This document shows, in pieces, positions 45,968 to 57,532 of a stretch of 64,000 nucleotides of DNA. How positions within the stretch are numbered: position 1 is the stretch's first letter; each line of letters starts with the position of its first letter. The translations under genes and the position numbers were made by a program. Location: contig OW569394.1 in NCBI GenBank assembly GCA_937625935.1, forward strand, positions 248,001-312,000. Reading direction: 5' to 3'. The DNA comes from Tetramitus jugosus (taxonomy: Eukaryota; Protista; Heterolobosea). Under the pieces are notes generated by a model, which was given only the letters and a program-made list of their open reading frames with translations, was not told the DNA's origin and did not search any database.

Positions 45968-48556
45968 ATGACAACGACAATCACTATCATGGAGAACCGA
46001 CCCAATGGTCCTTCTTCTGCTTCTCCGTTCAACCAAATGAGCAAACGAACGCCCACATGGCATCTCATCAAATCTCTGGTTGTTCTCATTGTGTTAGCTC
46101 TAACAGTGTTTTCACTTTATTGGAAACAAACGAGGACGTCCAGGTCCAATTTTCTCACAAAGGCATCCATTAGCTCAAGAAGGAACATGAATTATCATGA
46201 TTCTGTCTGGTCTATAGGCACAAACAACAAGACTGGAACACACAAGCAACGAGAACGATTTTTTGAAGCATCTGTAGCAACAACAAGTGCAGATGCAGAC
46301 AATGGAGGAGGTGAAGATGATGGAAACTCAAAAATTTGCCACAAAGTTGCTGTTTATAAGGGGTCAAAGTGCAAATTTGTGAGGAAGAATTGCCCACAGC
46401 CATTGGCTGGTGGATTGATCAATTATTTGCACCTTCGATATTGTGGATTTGACAAAGTTCCCTTTTTCTTCTTTGCTTGTGGTGTATGTAAGATTTATGT
46501 TGCTCTACAAAATCATTTTACTTGAAGAAGATTAACTCACTAGTTTTTTGTAATGTGTCTGGTACATTGGTGGACACACACGCGACTGTAGTTTTTCTGG
46601 ATTCTACTCTTATTTTACTTGTTGTCAGATACGGCAGAGACGTACTTTTGTCCTTCGTTGACTCAGATTTCTAGTTACTTGAAATTGTCGCCGAATGTAG
46701 CTGGTGTAACTTTCCTGGCTCTAGGTAATGGTGCACCTGATATTGCAAGTATCGTGGCAGGTGTTTTGTCAGGAAGTACTGGTTTTGGTGTGGGTGAGCC
46801 GATTGGTGCTGGACTGTTTGTTACGACCTGGGTCATGGCAACTGTCACGCTGTGTAGTGATGTAAAGGTGGATGGAGCACCCTTTTTGAGGGATATCGGA
46901 ACGTACTTGTTAAGTGTGGTGTTCGTGTTGAGTGTTTGTGTTCGGCAGGGCGAGATTCGATTGTGGAACGCGCTTACTTGCTTGTCCATTTACATTGTCT
47001 ATGTTTCGGTGGTTGTGGTCGGTAGAGCTATCCACGTGGGAATCAAGTCACGCAAACTAGCAAAGGAGAAGAAGTTGATTGAGTTGCAGAAGAAGGGTTC
47101 TTTTTCATCACCACCAAAGGCCGGTACGACATCCGCCTATGATCGTGCTGATTCCAAGACTTCTCTGTTGGACAACATTGAATTGTCTGGTGATAAGGAA
47201 AGCTCCATCTACTATGTATCAGTGAGTGAGGAGTATGACGCCGAGATTGAAACCAAGTGGACCAAGGAACCTGTTTTGATTCATTATGTAGAACAGGAGG
47301 AACATGTGAACCATTCGAATACCTCAATGAACAATAGTAAGAAGAATGAAAACTCTTCCTATGAACTAGAATCAGAGAAATTTGTTGAGGAGGTTACGAT
47401 TATTGACACTTCATCCGATGATAGTGATTCAGAAGAGGATGAGGCATCACCTACACAGATTGCATCACTGCACCGGAATGATCAATTCCATAAATGGGGC
47501 AACCTGAAGGTCCAAAACATTCACAATCGACAACAATTTGCTCGCAGTTTGAAACGTCGACACGGCAGTGGATTCTTCTTTCCAAAGGTTCTACTCAACT
47601 CCAATCATCTTGATTCGCCAACTATTTCTCATGAGGATGAGTTAGTACGAACCAAAGCATTCATTTTTGAGGATCACTTTGACATGAGCAATAGCACGAT
47701 AGAGGAAGATGAAGGAGGCAACTGTATTGAAACAGAGGACGGTTATGTTCAACAGTTCTCGCATTGGATCGAATGGGATGAGAAGAGTTGGTTCGATCGA
47801 CTCTTCTACCTTCTTGTCTCACCAACAATTCTCGCACGTAACTTGACCATTCCCCAAGCTGATCCAGTCTGTTGGAGCAAGGTTTTTGCCGTGTTGTGTC
47901 CATTGTTCATGGGACCTTTTATTTTGTTTGCCACAGGAGGATTGAATGTCAAGCTTGGTCATGCACGGGTGTTTCCTCTCTGGACTCTCATTCTGATCAT
48001 CACTGTATTTATCAGTATCTTGATTATGTTGACGACTTCACGATCGAAACCGCCACTCTATCACTTTATTTTCGTGTTCACTGCATTTGCAAGTAGTGTC
48101 ATTTGGATTTATTTGGTTGCCAACGAACTGGTTGCCATCTTGCAAAGTTGTGGTATTATGTGGCAAATTAGTGATGGTATTTTAGCGATCACTGTTTTGG
48201 CTTGGGGTAACTCATTAGGTGACATGGTTGCAAATGTTGTCGTTGCCAGACAAGGATACCCAGAAATGGCTATTGGAGCTTGTTACGGCGGCCCGTGCCT
48301 GAATTTGTTGATCGGTTTAGGATTGAGTATGACAGCTCATTGTATCAAGTTTGGGTCGTTCCCAGTGGTTTTGGAACCCAATGTGTTAATGTCATTTATC
48401 TTTCTTCTCGCTAGCATTCTCGCAGCATTGTTGGTCGTGCCTGTGAATGGATTCCGAGTACCAAAGGCATTCGGTGTCTTTTTACTCAGTATCTACGGTA
48501 TCTTCATGGTGATGAGCATTATGATAGAGAGTGGTTTGATATTCAGACAAGTGTAA
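45968..48556 (+). CDS. Cation/Ca2+ exchanger (CCX/NCLX-like)
   Basis: Exons 45968-46483 and 46592-48556 join in frame (GTATGT...TAG). Alpha-1 repeat 'AGVTFLALGNGAPD' and alpha-2 repeat 'TVLAWGNSLGD', plus 'GPCLNLLIGLG'. Confidence 0.92.
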
Positions 48557-48636
48557 CTAACTCCAAAAATCTGTTCAGTTCTGTGGATGAATAATTTATA
48601 CATATATATACATATTTACAAGTCAGAGTTAATTTT

Positions 48637-50000
48637 TTAGGCAGGAAGAGCTTTCCACATGTTTGATTCAAATCCAACTTCATTGTTTCCTCTACTGATC
48701 CAGAAGAATCCGTTGATACCAAAGCCTGTTCCCCATTGGTTAGCAACAATCCAATAGAGTTGATTACCAGTTACTCCCCAACCGACGACACGAACTGCAT
48801 GTCCTCCCACATAGGAACCAGAAGTATGCTTGTAAACTCCAGAAGTATAATAGAAAAAGTCCTGATAAACTGCGAAGGCTGCTTGGATGGGTCCATACTG
48901 TAGAATTTCGTTCTGAATTGAAGGGATATTGTTTCCATTCAATTGTAGTGCACCTGTAGCCTTGTAGAGGACCAATGGAGAATTATTTGCGCATTTGGTT
49001 GGACAGACTCCATTTGTACCAGAATATGGAACGCAAGTACTGGTAGGATCTCCTTTAGTTGAAAGGAAGCTCCATGTTTTGTCAAGATATCCGCCACTAC
49101 AACCAGAATTGGCAGTATCGCACGATACTTGATATTGTGGGGATAATGACAAAACAGCTCCCAAGTTTTTGTTGATGCAATATCTATCGCCAAGCACTTG
49201 AGCAGCACTGAATGCCCAACATGATCCACAGCCTCCTTGATTTCCAATTGGATTAATACAGCCTGGCCATTTGTTGAGAGCATTAAAGCTGGTAGGAATT
49301 CCTGGGCAAGTACCTTTTGGTTTGAGAACATCATTACAGCAGTCGTATGCATTTGGGAGATAGCATCCATATCCACAGCGAAGGTGACCCAATGGGCAGA
49401 GGAAGAAGCCACCCAAGCACACATGAGTTTGTGGGTTGTAACAAGTACTTGCGCAACCCTTATCTGCAGATGGACATGCTGGACACGCTTGGATATTCTT
49501 TGTCTCATGTACACTACGAACTACAGGTTGAGATGGCAGGAGTGTTGCAGCTAAAACTTTGACATCATTCAAAGTTTTTCCAGCAAAACTAGGATTGGCT
49601 CCTGCAACCCAACTGGCTTGAATCGAGTTCAAAGTCTTAATAATTGTTGTATCACTCAATGACGAAGTTGAATTGAACAAAGTATCCAGTTTTACAATCT
49701 GTCCAGAGCTGCTACAATAGTATGCATTTGAGTCATAGCATTTTCCATTACATCCTGCAAAATGACCATGGGCTTGTATGTGTCTGGCTTGCAAGCATGA
49801 GTAGTTGGGTTGTAACAAGCAGACGCAGGTCCCACAAGATTGTTTAAACAGCAAGAATCACCAGTTGGACATGTTTGATTGCCACAAGTTGCTTCCACTC
49901 TTCTTCCTCTCTTGATAATCTTGACTCTAAGTGCATCAAGAGTACTAACCAGAACAGCAAGTGTAACAACTATTGCAATTATGTAAGTTGTGTATTTCAT
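48637..50000 (-). CDS. Cathepsin B-like cysteine protease with extra Cys-rich (CBM52-like) modules; frameshift at ~49770
   Basis: Signal peptide MKYTTYIIAIVVTLAVLVSTLDA; propeptide 'IIKTLN...SWVAG.N..F'; catalytic 'QGGCGSCWAFS', 'GGHAV', 'ANQWG'; no occluding loop. 'CYNP.TH.C...C..GH..C...CY....Y.C' modules. The N-terminal ORF (49692-50042) and the main ORF are in different frames. Confidence 0.85.
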
Positions 50001-50746
50001 AGTTATTGAATTGTATGATTGTTTATCTAGATGGGAAAACAATTTTCAATCTCATTTATACATTCATGATGGTATTAATCTCATTGATGGTTTCAAGTCA
50101 TCTTGTCCATTCTGGGAGAAGAAAAAAAAAGAAAAGGATAAAAAAACCTTTACGATTATGTGATCATCACAAAAACAGGCCCGTTGTAATCCCATCACCG
50201 CCTCAAATAAAATGAGGTGAAAGTAATTGTATGCTATTTTTTTGAGATAACACATTTTTGCAAAATCATTCTTGATTCATATCGATCTTTATGAAGCGAG
50301 ACCTGGTTTGGATCCAACAGTGTACCAACATACACTAGTACTGGTAAAAGATGACCAAAGAATTGGACCTCAGCAACGAAGTGTTAGAACTAGATGGACA
50401 AGTTGCTTCCTACCAAGTAGATTTATCCAGAGAATGGCTTTGGAAGGTTGATAAGATTGCAGACAGATTGTCAAAGAGTTTTGATGCATTACTTGCTAAT
50501 ATTGACACAATGCTGAGTTTCCCTCTCTGATAATGTACAGTAACCTTTCAATCAAACGAGCAGGATACAAAGAACTGAAACATATTCCTTGATTAATTGA
50601 TTGTCTCTGTTGAGGACTCTCTGCTCTCTTCCTCTCTTCCTCTCTCCGAATCGTAAATTTCAAAACGCCACAATGGAGGGAAAATTGTGACAAAAATCAA
50701 CCAGATTTATTTTGTTTTTTGGGCTCTGCAAAGAACTCGGACAGAG

Positions 50747-51205
50747 TTAGAAAGCACGACCCAAGCTACATCTATCGAGGCAAACAGCAGCACTAGCCTT
50801 GCAATTCTTGAGGCAATTATTGTCATATCTGTTGGAGGCATCAGAAAGAGCACGACCCAAGCTGCATCTGTCAAGACAAACAGCAGGACTGGCCTTACAA
50901 TTCTTGAGGCAAATGTTGTCATATCTGTTGGAAGCATCTGAGAGAACACGAGGAGACACTTTTCTACTGCGAATTCTACATCTGTCATAGCAAACATCAG
51001 GATTTGCTCTGCAACTAATCAAGCAACGAGTATCATACTCTTCGTTGTTGTTGAAAGAGTCAGAGAGGATACTGCCTGTGGTACATCTGTCAAGGCAAAC
51101 AGGAGCAGTGGCTTTACAATTTCTGAGACAGTTGGGGTCATATCTGTTGGCCAGAGTGGAGGCGACAAGCGCCAGAACTACAATAAAAAGAATGATAATT
51201 CTCAT
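50747..51205 (-). CDS. Secreted multi-core Cys-rich peptide precursor A (four YDxxCLxxC(K/R)AxxxVCxDRC modules)
   Basis: 19-aa signal peptide, then four CX3C-X6-CX3C modules separated by linkers containing LSD. Paralog at 52973-53305. Confidence 0.85.
   Translation of the reverse strand: MRIIILFIVVLALVASTLANRYDPNCLRNCKATAPVCLDRCTTGSILSDSFNNNEEYDTRCLISCRANPDVCYDRCRIRSRKVSPRVLSDASNRYDNICLKNCKASPAVCLDRCSLGRALSDASNRYDNNCLKNCKASAAVCLDRCSLGRAF
50754..50945. repeat. 96-bp tandem duplication (modules 3 and 4 of precursor A)
   Basis: GCACGACCCAAGCT recurs at 50754 and 50850; the two 32-aa units are nearly identical. Confidence 0.85.
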
Positions 51206-51834
51206 AGTGTGGGTGGTTGGGTGGGTAATTATTTTTTTGTTGGTTGCTGCCCTCTGTGTTTTCTTTCTTTTGAAGGTTCATCCAGTGCGAACACACCCTC
51301 CGTGTGCGCGGTAGGTCAACCGGAAGCCATGACGTTTGACGAGATCACACTCGGAATGCCAATAGCAAAAACATGAGAAGGAAGCAAGATATCGACGATA
51401 CAATCCTCTTGGCCAATTATTCAGACATGAGGTCACTTCTCATACTCAATCCTGTCTTTCTGTATCGAGTAATGGACAGCAAGTGCTTTAGTTTTTGCTT
51501 TTCGCAAGGACTCAACCATGTGTTGATCTCCAATTTTTTTGGTATTGGGTGCTGTTTTCGGGGATTGAAGTAGATCGGTAGGATCTTCTTTCGTCTCTTC
51601 ACCTTGCCTTCTGACCGGCTACAGGATTAACTTCCTCTCCATTCCATTGTCCCTTCAATCTTCGCAATTGCATTCCTTAACCTATGCTCTATCTCTTGTC
51701 TTTCTGTGTCCGAGTGACCATCATGTCCACAACTGCTGTTTTACTTCAATTCTCTCCTGAGTTTGTCAGATTCCATGTTCCGACCTTGTTCGGGAACCAG
51801 AAAGATCAATCAACGAACATAAAAGAAAAGAGCA

Positions 51835-52785
51835 ATGAAGCGCTGGTACATATTGTGCCACGGGTTCCATGGCAGACCCGCAGGAATGAGACCACTCGAA
51901 GAAATGATTGACAGACGAGATCCAGAGGCCCTTGTTCTGAACTGTAAATCTCTGAGCTTTTTTGACATGGGAATGGGTATGGAGTCCATGGCTACCAAGA
52001 TTGTTGCAGAAATTCGACAGTTCTACGATGATGAGGTGTTGGAAAAAGAGAGACGTGAACTCATTCTCATTGGTCACTCGATGGGAGGCTTACTATTGAG
52101 ACGAGCGATCACGCTCTTTTTTAGGGGAGAGCACAGTTGGATCGTTCCTGGTACCTATGTATCTGTGGCCACTCCTCATCTAGGTGTCGACAGAACTAGT
52201 CATCTTCGACAAGTGCATCCATGGTTTGCACCCATTTATTCTCTGGGTATTCTGTCAGTCTCCCTCATTGGGTTCTTGTTGCCAAATCTGTTTGACACCA
52301 TTATGCAAATGTTGGTTCGAGATGGAGAGAATCAATATTTGAAACAGTTGTGTGATGAAGAAAACTTGGGATCTCTCTCCAAGTTCCAACGCAGGCTCTG
52401 TATCTCTTCTGCTGACGGTCTTGATATGAACGTACCGCTTTATTCTTCGCATATTGGTGTGACTCAGCATGAAAAGAACGAAAGAGTGTCTGTAGCAATC
52501 AACGATGAACAGAAGAGCAAGTTGTGGCTTGATAACCATCAAAGAGAGATGAAGAGAAAGTTGGACCAGTTAGATTGGACTCGGATTACATTGCGATTCC
52601 AGGTACCATGGCATTTGTATCCCTTTGCGCACCCCATCATACTTCAGAATACACTCTATTGTGGTCACATCTGTCCCTGGCTCTACAAGGTTCATTGCGA
52701 CGAAGTCAGAGCACGTTGGGAGTTGGCTTGCACCAATTATGATATTGTGCCCTTTGCAAAAAGAAACCAACAGTTAAATCAATAA
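51835..52785 (+). CDS. DUF676/FAM135-like alpha/beta serine hydrolase (putative lipase)
   Basis: 'ILCHGFHG', nucleophile elbow 'LIGHSMGGLLLR', 'VATPHLG', 'L..F..R......D..VP'. Confidence 0.85.
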   Translation: MKRWYILCHGFHGRPAGMRPLEEMIDRRDPEALVLNCKSLSFFDMGMGMESMATKIVAEIRQFYDDEVLEKERRELILIGHSMGGLLLRRAITLFFRGEHSWIVPGTYVSVATPHLGVDRTSHLRQVHPWFAPIYSLGILSVSLIGFLLPNLFDTIMQMLVRDGENQYLKQLCDEENLGSLSKFQRRLCISSADGLDMNVPLYSSHIGVTQHEKNERVSVAINDEQKSKLWLDNHQREMKRKLDQLDWTRITLRFQVPWHLYPFAHPIILQNTLYCGHICPWLYKVHCDEVRARWELACTNYDIVPFAKRNQQLNQ

Positions 52786-52972
52786 AGAATAGTATCATTG
52801 TTTCAAGAACCAGAAAGAAAAGTGGTAATGTCTCAGGAGGACCGACATATGCTGTGATAAACATTTTCGCTTTTGACATGTAACCATTTGACAAGTTTAA
52901 AATCAAGAGTTGTCCGTCTTTATTGGGTAACTTTCGTTTAGTACTCAAAAGAGAAAGCCCTGAAATATCCGA

Positions 52973-53305
52973 TTAATTAGATTTGGAAGCACATCTGGCA
53001 AAGCATATTGCAGGGTTTGATGCCTTGCAATTTCTAAGGCAACGGAAATCATATTCTTGGAAGTCGGAGAGAGCACGACCCAAGGTACATCTGTCGAGGC
53101 ATACTGCAGGACTAGCTTTGCATCTCATCAAGCAATTGGAGTCATATCTGTTGTGAGAGTCAGAGAAAGCATCCAAGGCACATCTTTCAAAGCATATCGC
53201 AGGATTTGATGCCTTACAATTTCTGAGGCAAATGGAGTCATATCTACGGGCTAAAACCGAGGCAACGAAGGCCAAAATAACAATTACAAGTACGATGGTT
53301 CTCAT
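52973..53305 (-). CDS. Secreted multi-core Cys-rich peptide precursor B (three modules), paralog of precursor A
   Basis: Signal peptide MRTIVLVIVILAFVASVLA; modules YDSICLRNCKASNPAICFERC, YDSNCLMRCKASPAVCLDRC, YDFRCLRNCKASNPAICFARC; FSD/LSD linkers. Confidence 0.85.
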   Translation of the reverse strand: MRTIVLVIVILAFVASVLARRYDSICLRNCKASNPAICFERCALDAFSDSHNRYDSNCLMRCKASPAVCLDRCTLGRALSDFQEYDFRCLRNCKASNPAICFARCASKSN

Positions 53306-53673
53306 GAGTGTGTTGGTTTTTCTTTGTTGTTGGTTGGTGATGGTAGGATTAGCTGTTTTTAAGGTGCACTGAGGGACGAAGTTGAAGTCAACTGGGAGGC
53401 AGGGCTATGGATTTTGATACTTGTCAAATTCATTCCCCTTTCCTGAAAAATCACCATTCGTCAAGCGTCGGTGAATGGAGAATCCACCTTGGGTTTCAGC
53501 TGAAAAATCTCCATACAACGGCACTCAGTTCGAAATTGAAGACCCAGTACTGAAAAGAATGAAAATGTCATAATGCTTGTAGTCTCTATAGGTACAATGA
53601 TTTACATGGTGGACTATGTCAATGTGATGATCTTCTTTGTCACCGTTTTGCACAGTGAATGTGGTTCGCAACC

Positions 53674-55636
53674 TTAGAAATTCTCTTTGTGAAATTTGAA
53701 CAAAACACTGGAGTTTTTCGATTCGGTGATACTCGTTTGATAGAGTTGCTTACTGAGTGCAGGCGGTCCACATATGAAAATTCCTACCTTTGCTCGATTC
53801 ATTGTACTGGCATTTGGAGCTTGATTCTGAACCACTTGTCTCACATTCGCAAATTCAGAATGCCAATTTGGACGACCATACTTTCTGTTCGGGAAGTCTT
53901 TGGTCTTTTCTGTCGATGATCCCATGGTCATGACATGATTAGAAGGAAATAAACCTGTTTCTTCAGTTTGAAGGTTAGTTCCCTTCCACCAACCACTGCA
54001 ATCCTCTTCTAATACTTCAATTTCATCTCCTTCTTGAATTTGAATTTCATCAGAACATTGTGGATCAAAATTGAATTGAGCTCTGACAAGTGAACGACCA
54101 GTGGTTAATGTGTTACCACATTTCCTATCAATTATTGCTCGAATTTCATTCAAATTGAGCTCTCCTGTCATAAAAGTGTGTATTTGGAAAAAGTCAGGAT
54201 GTTCAGTTTCAATCGTATCAAGTAAGTCTGAAAACCACTCCCAGGATCCTTTGTCTCGATTGATCCAGTAGAAGAAACACTTTTTTGTTTTGAGAGATTT
54301 GTTCCCAATCAGTCTATTTCTCATGTGTTTCAACAAAGATGCATAAGGTGTAACCCCTATACCTGCGGCCACCAGCATCACGTATTCATAATTAAAAACA
54401 TAGTCAGCAGCCGTTCCGAAAGGACCATCGACACGAAGCAAATGCTCACTTCCATCAGGTGTTGTTGGTTTGTTTAATACAACTACTCCTTCTCCGGAAG
54501 GAACAAATAGATTCTTCAGGGCAGCTGTCCAATCTCCAGCAACTCGAATATGAAAACTTAGGTTCTCTTCTTCAGGTGCTGATGAGATTGTAAATGGATG
54601 CCATTCATGCTTACTTACAAGAGGACAATTCAAGAAACAGTATTGACCAGAATGGTATACAAATCCAGGTTTTTCCAGTTCTAAGTGAACTACATTGGAG
54701 GGTAGACCATGAACTCTCTTCACAATAGTATCTGTGCATCCTCTAAATATACGCAACATCCTTTCTAGAATATAAATACTCAAAGGTCCAATGAACCACA
54801 TCCAAAATTGTTTGCCATGCATCAGCAGACAACAAAACACGAGAAGGTAGAGATGATGAATGTACCAAAACACTGTGAAGTTGTTCGATCGTCTGTAACT
54901 AGTCGTAGAAGCTCCGTACATAATGATCAACAGTATCACAAGAATATTTCCCGTCAAACCATACTTGTTACCCCACGCTGCTCTCCATGAGGATGTCTCA
55001 GGTGTTCCATCAACGTTGCTATACAGTTCATAGCAGCACGAATAGTTCATGTAGTGAGCCAAAGTGTGTCCTATTGTGCATACTGCGATCCAATACGCTA
55101 AATATCGATGAAATATGATATTCTTGTCAAGTGGTACAATACTTCCAATTTTCAACGTTCGCAAGATGTTGGACAATGTTCTCATGGGAATCAGGATAAT
55201 GAGAGCACAGTTCAAGTTCAAGAGTTGTCCAAATCCTCTGGCAATCATCACCCATATGGGTGTATAGTCTTTCCAGCCCTCTATACTCGAATTCAGGGAG
55301 ATTACCGCATCAGCACGCTTGAACCATCGATAACAAGCTTCAATGAAGAGTGCAATGTTTAAACAAACCCAGAGTGTGACCACCAATAGTTTTTTCCTTG
55401 AAAATCAAAATTTGTTGTTGTGAGAAGAAAGAATTGAAAGAGAAGTCTATGTTAGTTGTACAGTACCATTCTGCCGTCCAATAGTTTCTAGCCTCTTCTA
55501 TGCTTGACACTCGCTTTTCCCAAGTTTTCCAGAATCTTGTTATACTGCTCTGAAGAGACAAAAGAAAGGAATTTCCACAACAACCATACACACAAAAAAG
55601 AACAATGCTCCTAATTGTTGATTTTAGCCTCACCAT
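53674..55636 (-). CDS. NADPH oxidase (NOX2/gp91phox-like) with an SH3 domain inserted in the NADPH-binding domain
   Basis: Predicted introns 55550-55633 and 55397-55466 give MSSITRF...NYWTAEWKKLLVVTLWVCLN. Heme His pairs 'FHRY...GH' and 'FWYIHH...MHG'; FAD motif 'HPFTISS'; 'VDGPFG', 'AGIGVTP', 'YGRPNW', 'CGP', terminal 'HKENF'. SH3 at ~53932-54090. Confidence 0.92.
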
Positions 55637-55978
55637 TTTTCTGTTGGATGGATTCAAAAAAAATTGTAGATTTTCACCGGCTTCGTGTAAAACAACTCCG
55701 ACCGGTTTAAAATCCTCGAGTTCAATCTGCTACCGAGTTCTCTGGTTCTTACATTGTCCAATAATCTCTAATGGAATCAATGAGAGTATAGATCATGGAA
55801 AGAGTGTTGACATCACATTTCTGTTGTATCAAGTTTGTACTCGAGTATTTTTGGAATGGAAGGAGGTCCGAACCGGTAAAAACGTTGCGATCGAACGTTC
55901 CCGATCAGGTTCCCTCTTGGAAAAGGAATTCCGCTCGCATGATACGACACCACCACAAAACGAATTCAATCAGACATC

Positions 55979-57532
55979 ATGAGGTCGCCAACGAGTCAAT
56001 GGTTACTAAAGTTTACCTTCATCCTCATGCTATCATGGATGTTAAATCTTCTAGTGTTCGAAGTAGTACTCTTCCGTATCTCTGCTCCTCGGTTCAACAA
56101 CTTGGCTCAACAAGAGCTTCGACCAATTCACAACATTATCATTATTGGAGATCCTCAACTGACTGATGTTTATAGCTATCCCATCATGCAAGGCTATCCC
56201 AAGACATATCTCTCTCGGTTTATTGCCTTCCTGAGTGACCTGTACATGAGAAAGAATTTTGCGAGTATGATGCAGGTGAATGTTCCTGATGTCATCGTTT
56301 TCATGGGTGACGTGTTCGATGGAGGTAGATTTCTGACTGATTCAGAGTATGATTATTCATTGAATAGGTACCGGTCGATATTTCACCAACCGAAATCAGG
56401 CTCCACCATACCTGTTATTCACCTCGCTGGAAATCATGATGTCAATTTGGGTAATCCTGACCACAGCAACTCATTCTATTTTGCAACTCATTTGAAGCAC
56501 GTGATTGAACGGCATGAACGTCATTTTGGTCCGGTGAACCAAGTGTTCTCACTGCCAGAGAAGACAGGCACCAATGCCCCAAAATTTAAGCTTGTTAGTG
56601 TAAACTCTCCATTCATGGAGTTAGATGATCACTTACAGTCAGTATTATCTCGAGAGATGCCCACATATGCCAAAACCTTGGAGTGGTATCACAATCAGAC
56701 GTGGACTTTTATCGAGAAGGAGTTAAATCATGTGACACAAACGGAAGAGAAACTAGTGCTCTTCTCCCATATTCCTTTGTATCGATCGAGCATCAGGTCT
56801 GAATGTGGAAGATATAGCACAACAAGATCAGTATTAAACAAAGAAGCACACATAAGAATCAAACAGGGCATGGGAAGTGGCTATCAAAACCTGGTAAATG
56901 AAGAGAATACATACAGGCTGCTTTCTGTCAAGCAAGCACCAATTATCGTACGAATCTTGAGTGGAGACGATCATTCCAACTGTGAACACAGTCATAGAGA
57001 GGACCTTTCACAGAGAACTGTGCTTGAAAACACTGTAGGTACATTTAGTTTCATGCAAGGTGCCGTCTATCCTAGCGTCGGAATGCTCCAGACCATGTCG
57101 GATGGTTCGGTGAGATTTGACTCGAGATTTCTTCTACCACAGTGGTACATTTATATCTGGTACCTATTTTGTGCTGCCTCAACAATTATCCTTTGTATGG
57201 CAGCTCCTTTGTATCTACAGATGAGATTTGTGCAAAATGGAAAGAATGAATCTGCGAATGAGGTTCCTCTTGAGGAAGTATTAGTCAGCAGTGTATCTCC
57301 TCGCCAAGGATCACCCTATGAGGAGATTGCACCATTTAGGAGAAGAGTTTCCAATAACTCAGTGATTCAACTTGCCGAGGAAGAAGCTGTGGAAGTTCCT
57401 AGTGTGACACAGTATCGAACCACCAGCCATTTGTTGATTGTTATGATTTGGAGTGCACTCAGTTTGATTGCCACTATTTCTTTCTCAATAATAGTCTTCG
57501 TGGTGCTCTCATTGGCCTGGTTCATAATCTGA
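55979..57532 (+). CDS. Metallophosphoesterase MPPE1/Cdc1/Ted1-like (GPI-anchor remodelling)
   Basis: 'IGDPQL', 'SDLYMRKNF', 'FMGDVFDGG', 'AGNHDV', 'SHIPLY', 'SGDDH..C'; N- and C-terminal TM helices. Confidence 0.88.
   Translation: MRSPTSQWLLKFTFILMLSWMLNLLVFEVVLFRISAPRFNNLAQQELRPIHNIIIIGDPQLTDVYSYPIMQGYPKTYLSRFIAFLSDLYMRKNFASMMQVNVPDVIVFMGDVFDGGRFLTDSEYDYSLNRYRSIFHQPKSGSTIPVIHLAGNHDVNLGNPDHSNSFYFATHLKHVIERHERHFGPVNQVFSLPEKTGTNAPKFKLVSVNSPFMELDDHLQSVLSREMPTYAKTLEWYHNQTWTFIEKELNHVTQTEEKLVLFSHIPLYRSSIRSECGRYSTTRSVLNKEAHIRIKQGMGSGYQNLVNEENTYRLLSVKQAPIIVRILSGDDHSNCEHSHREDLSQRTVLENTVGTFSFMQGAVYPSVGMLQTMSDGSVRFDSRFLLPQWYIYIWYLFCAASTIILCMAAPLYLQMRFVQNGKNESANEVPLEEVLVSSVSPRQGSPYEEIAPFRRRVSNNSVIQLAEEEAVEVPSVTQYRTTSHLLIVMIWSALSLIATISFSIIVFVVLSLAWFII

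Noticed and set aside
50290-50650. Coding-like fragments (MTKELDLSNEV...), and similar ones at 51400-51780 and 44000-44500
   Set aside because: Short, interrupted by stops and unassignable. The 'IHVHLVY' at ~44390 may be a second GT49 relic but is too weak to call.
50750-51150. CRISPR-like repeat array
   Set aside because: The repeats are in-frame coding modules with synonymous variation, have no unique spacers or cas genes, and the context is eukaryotic.
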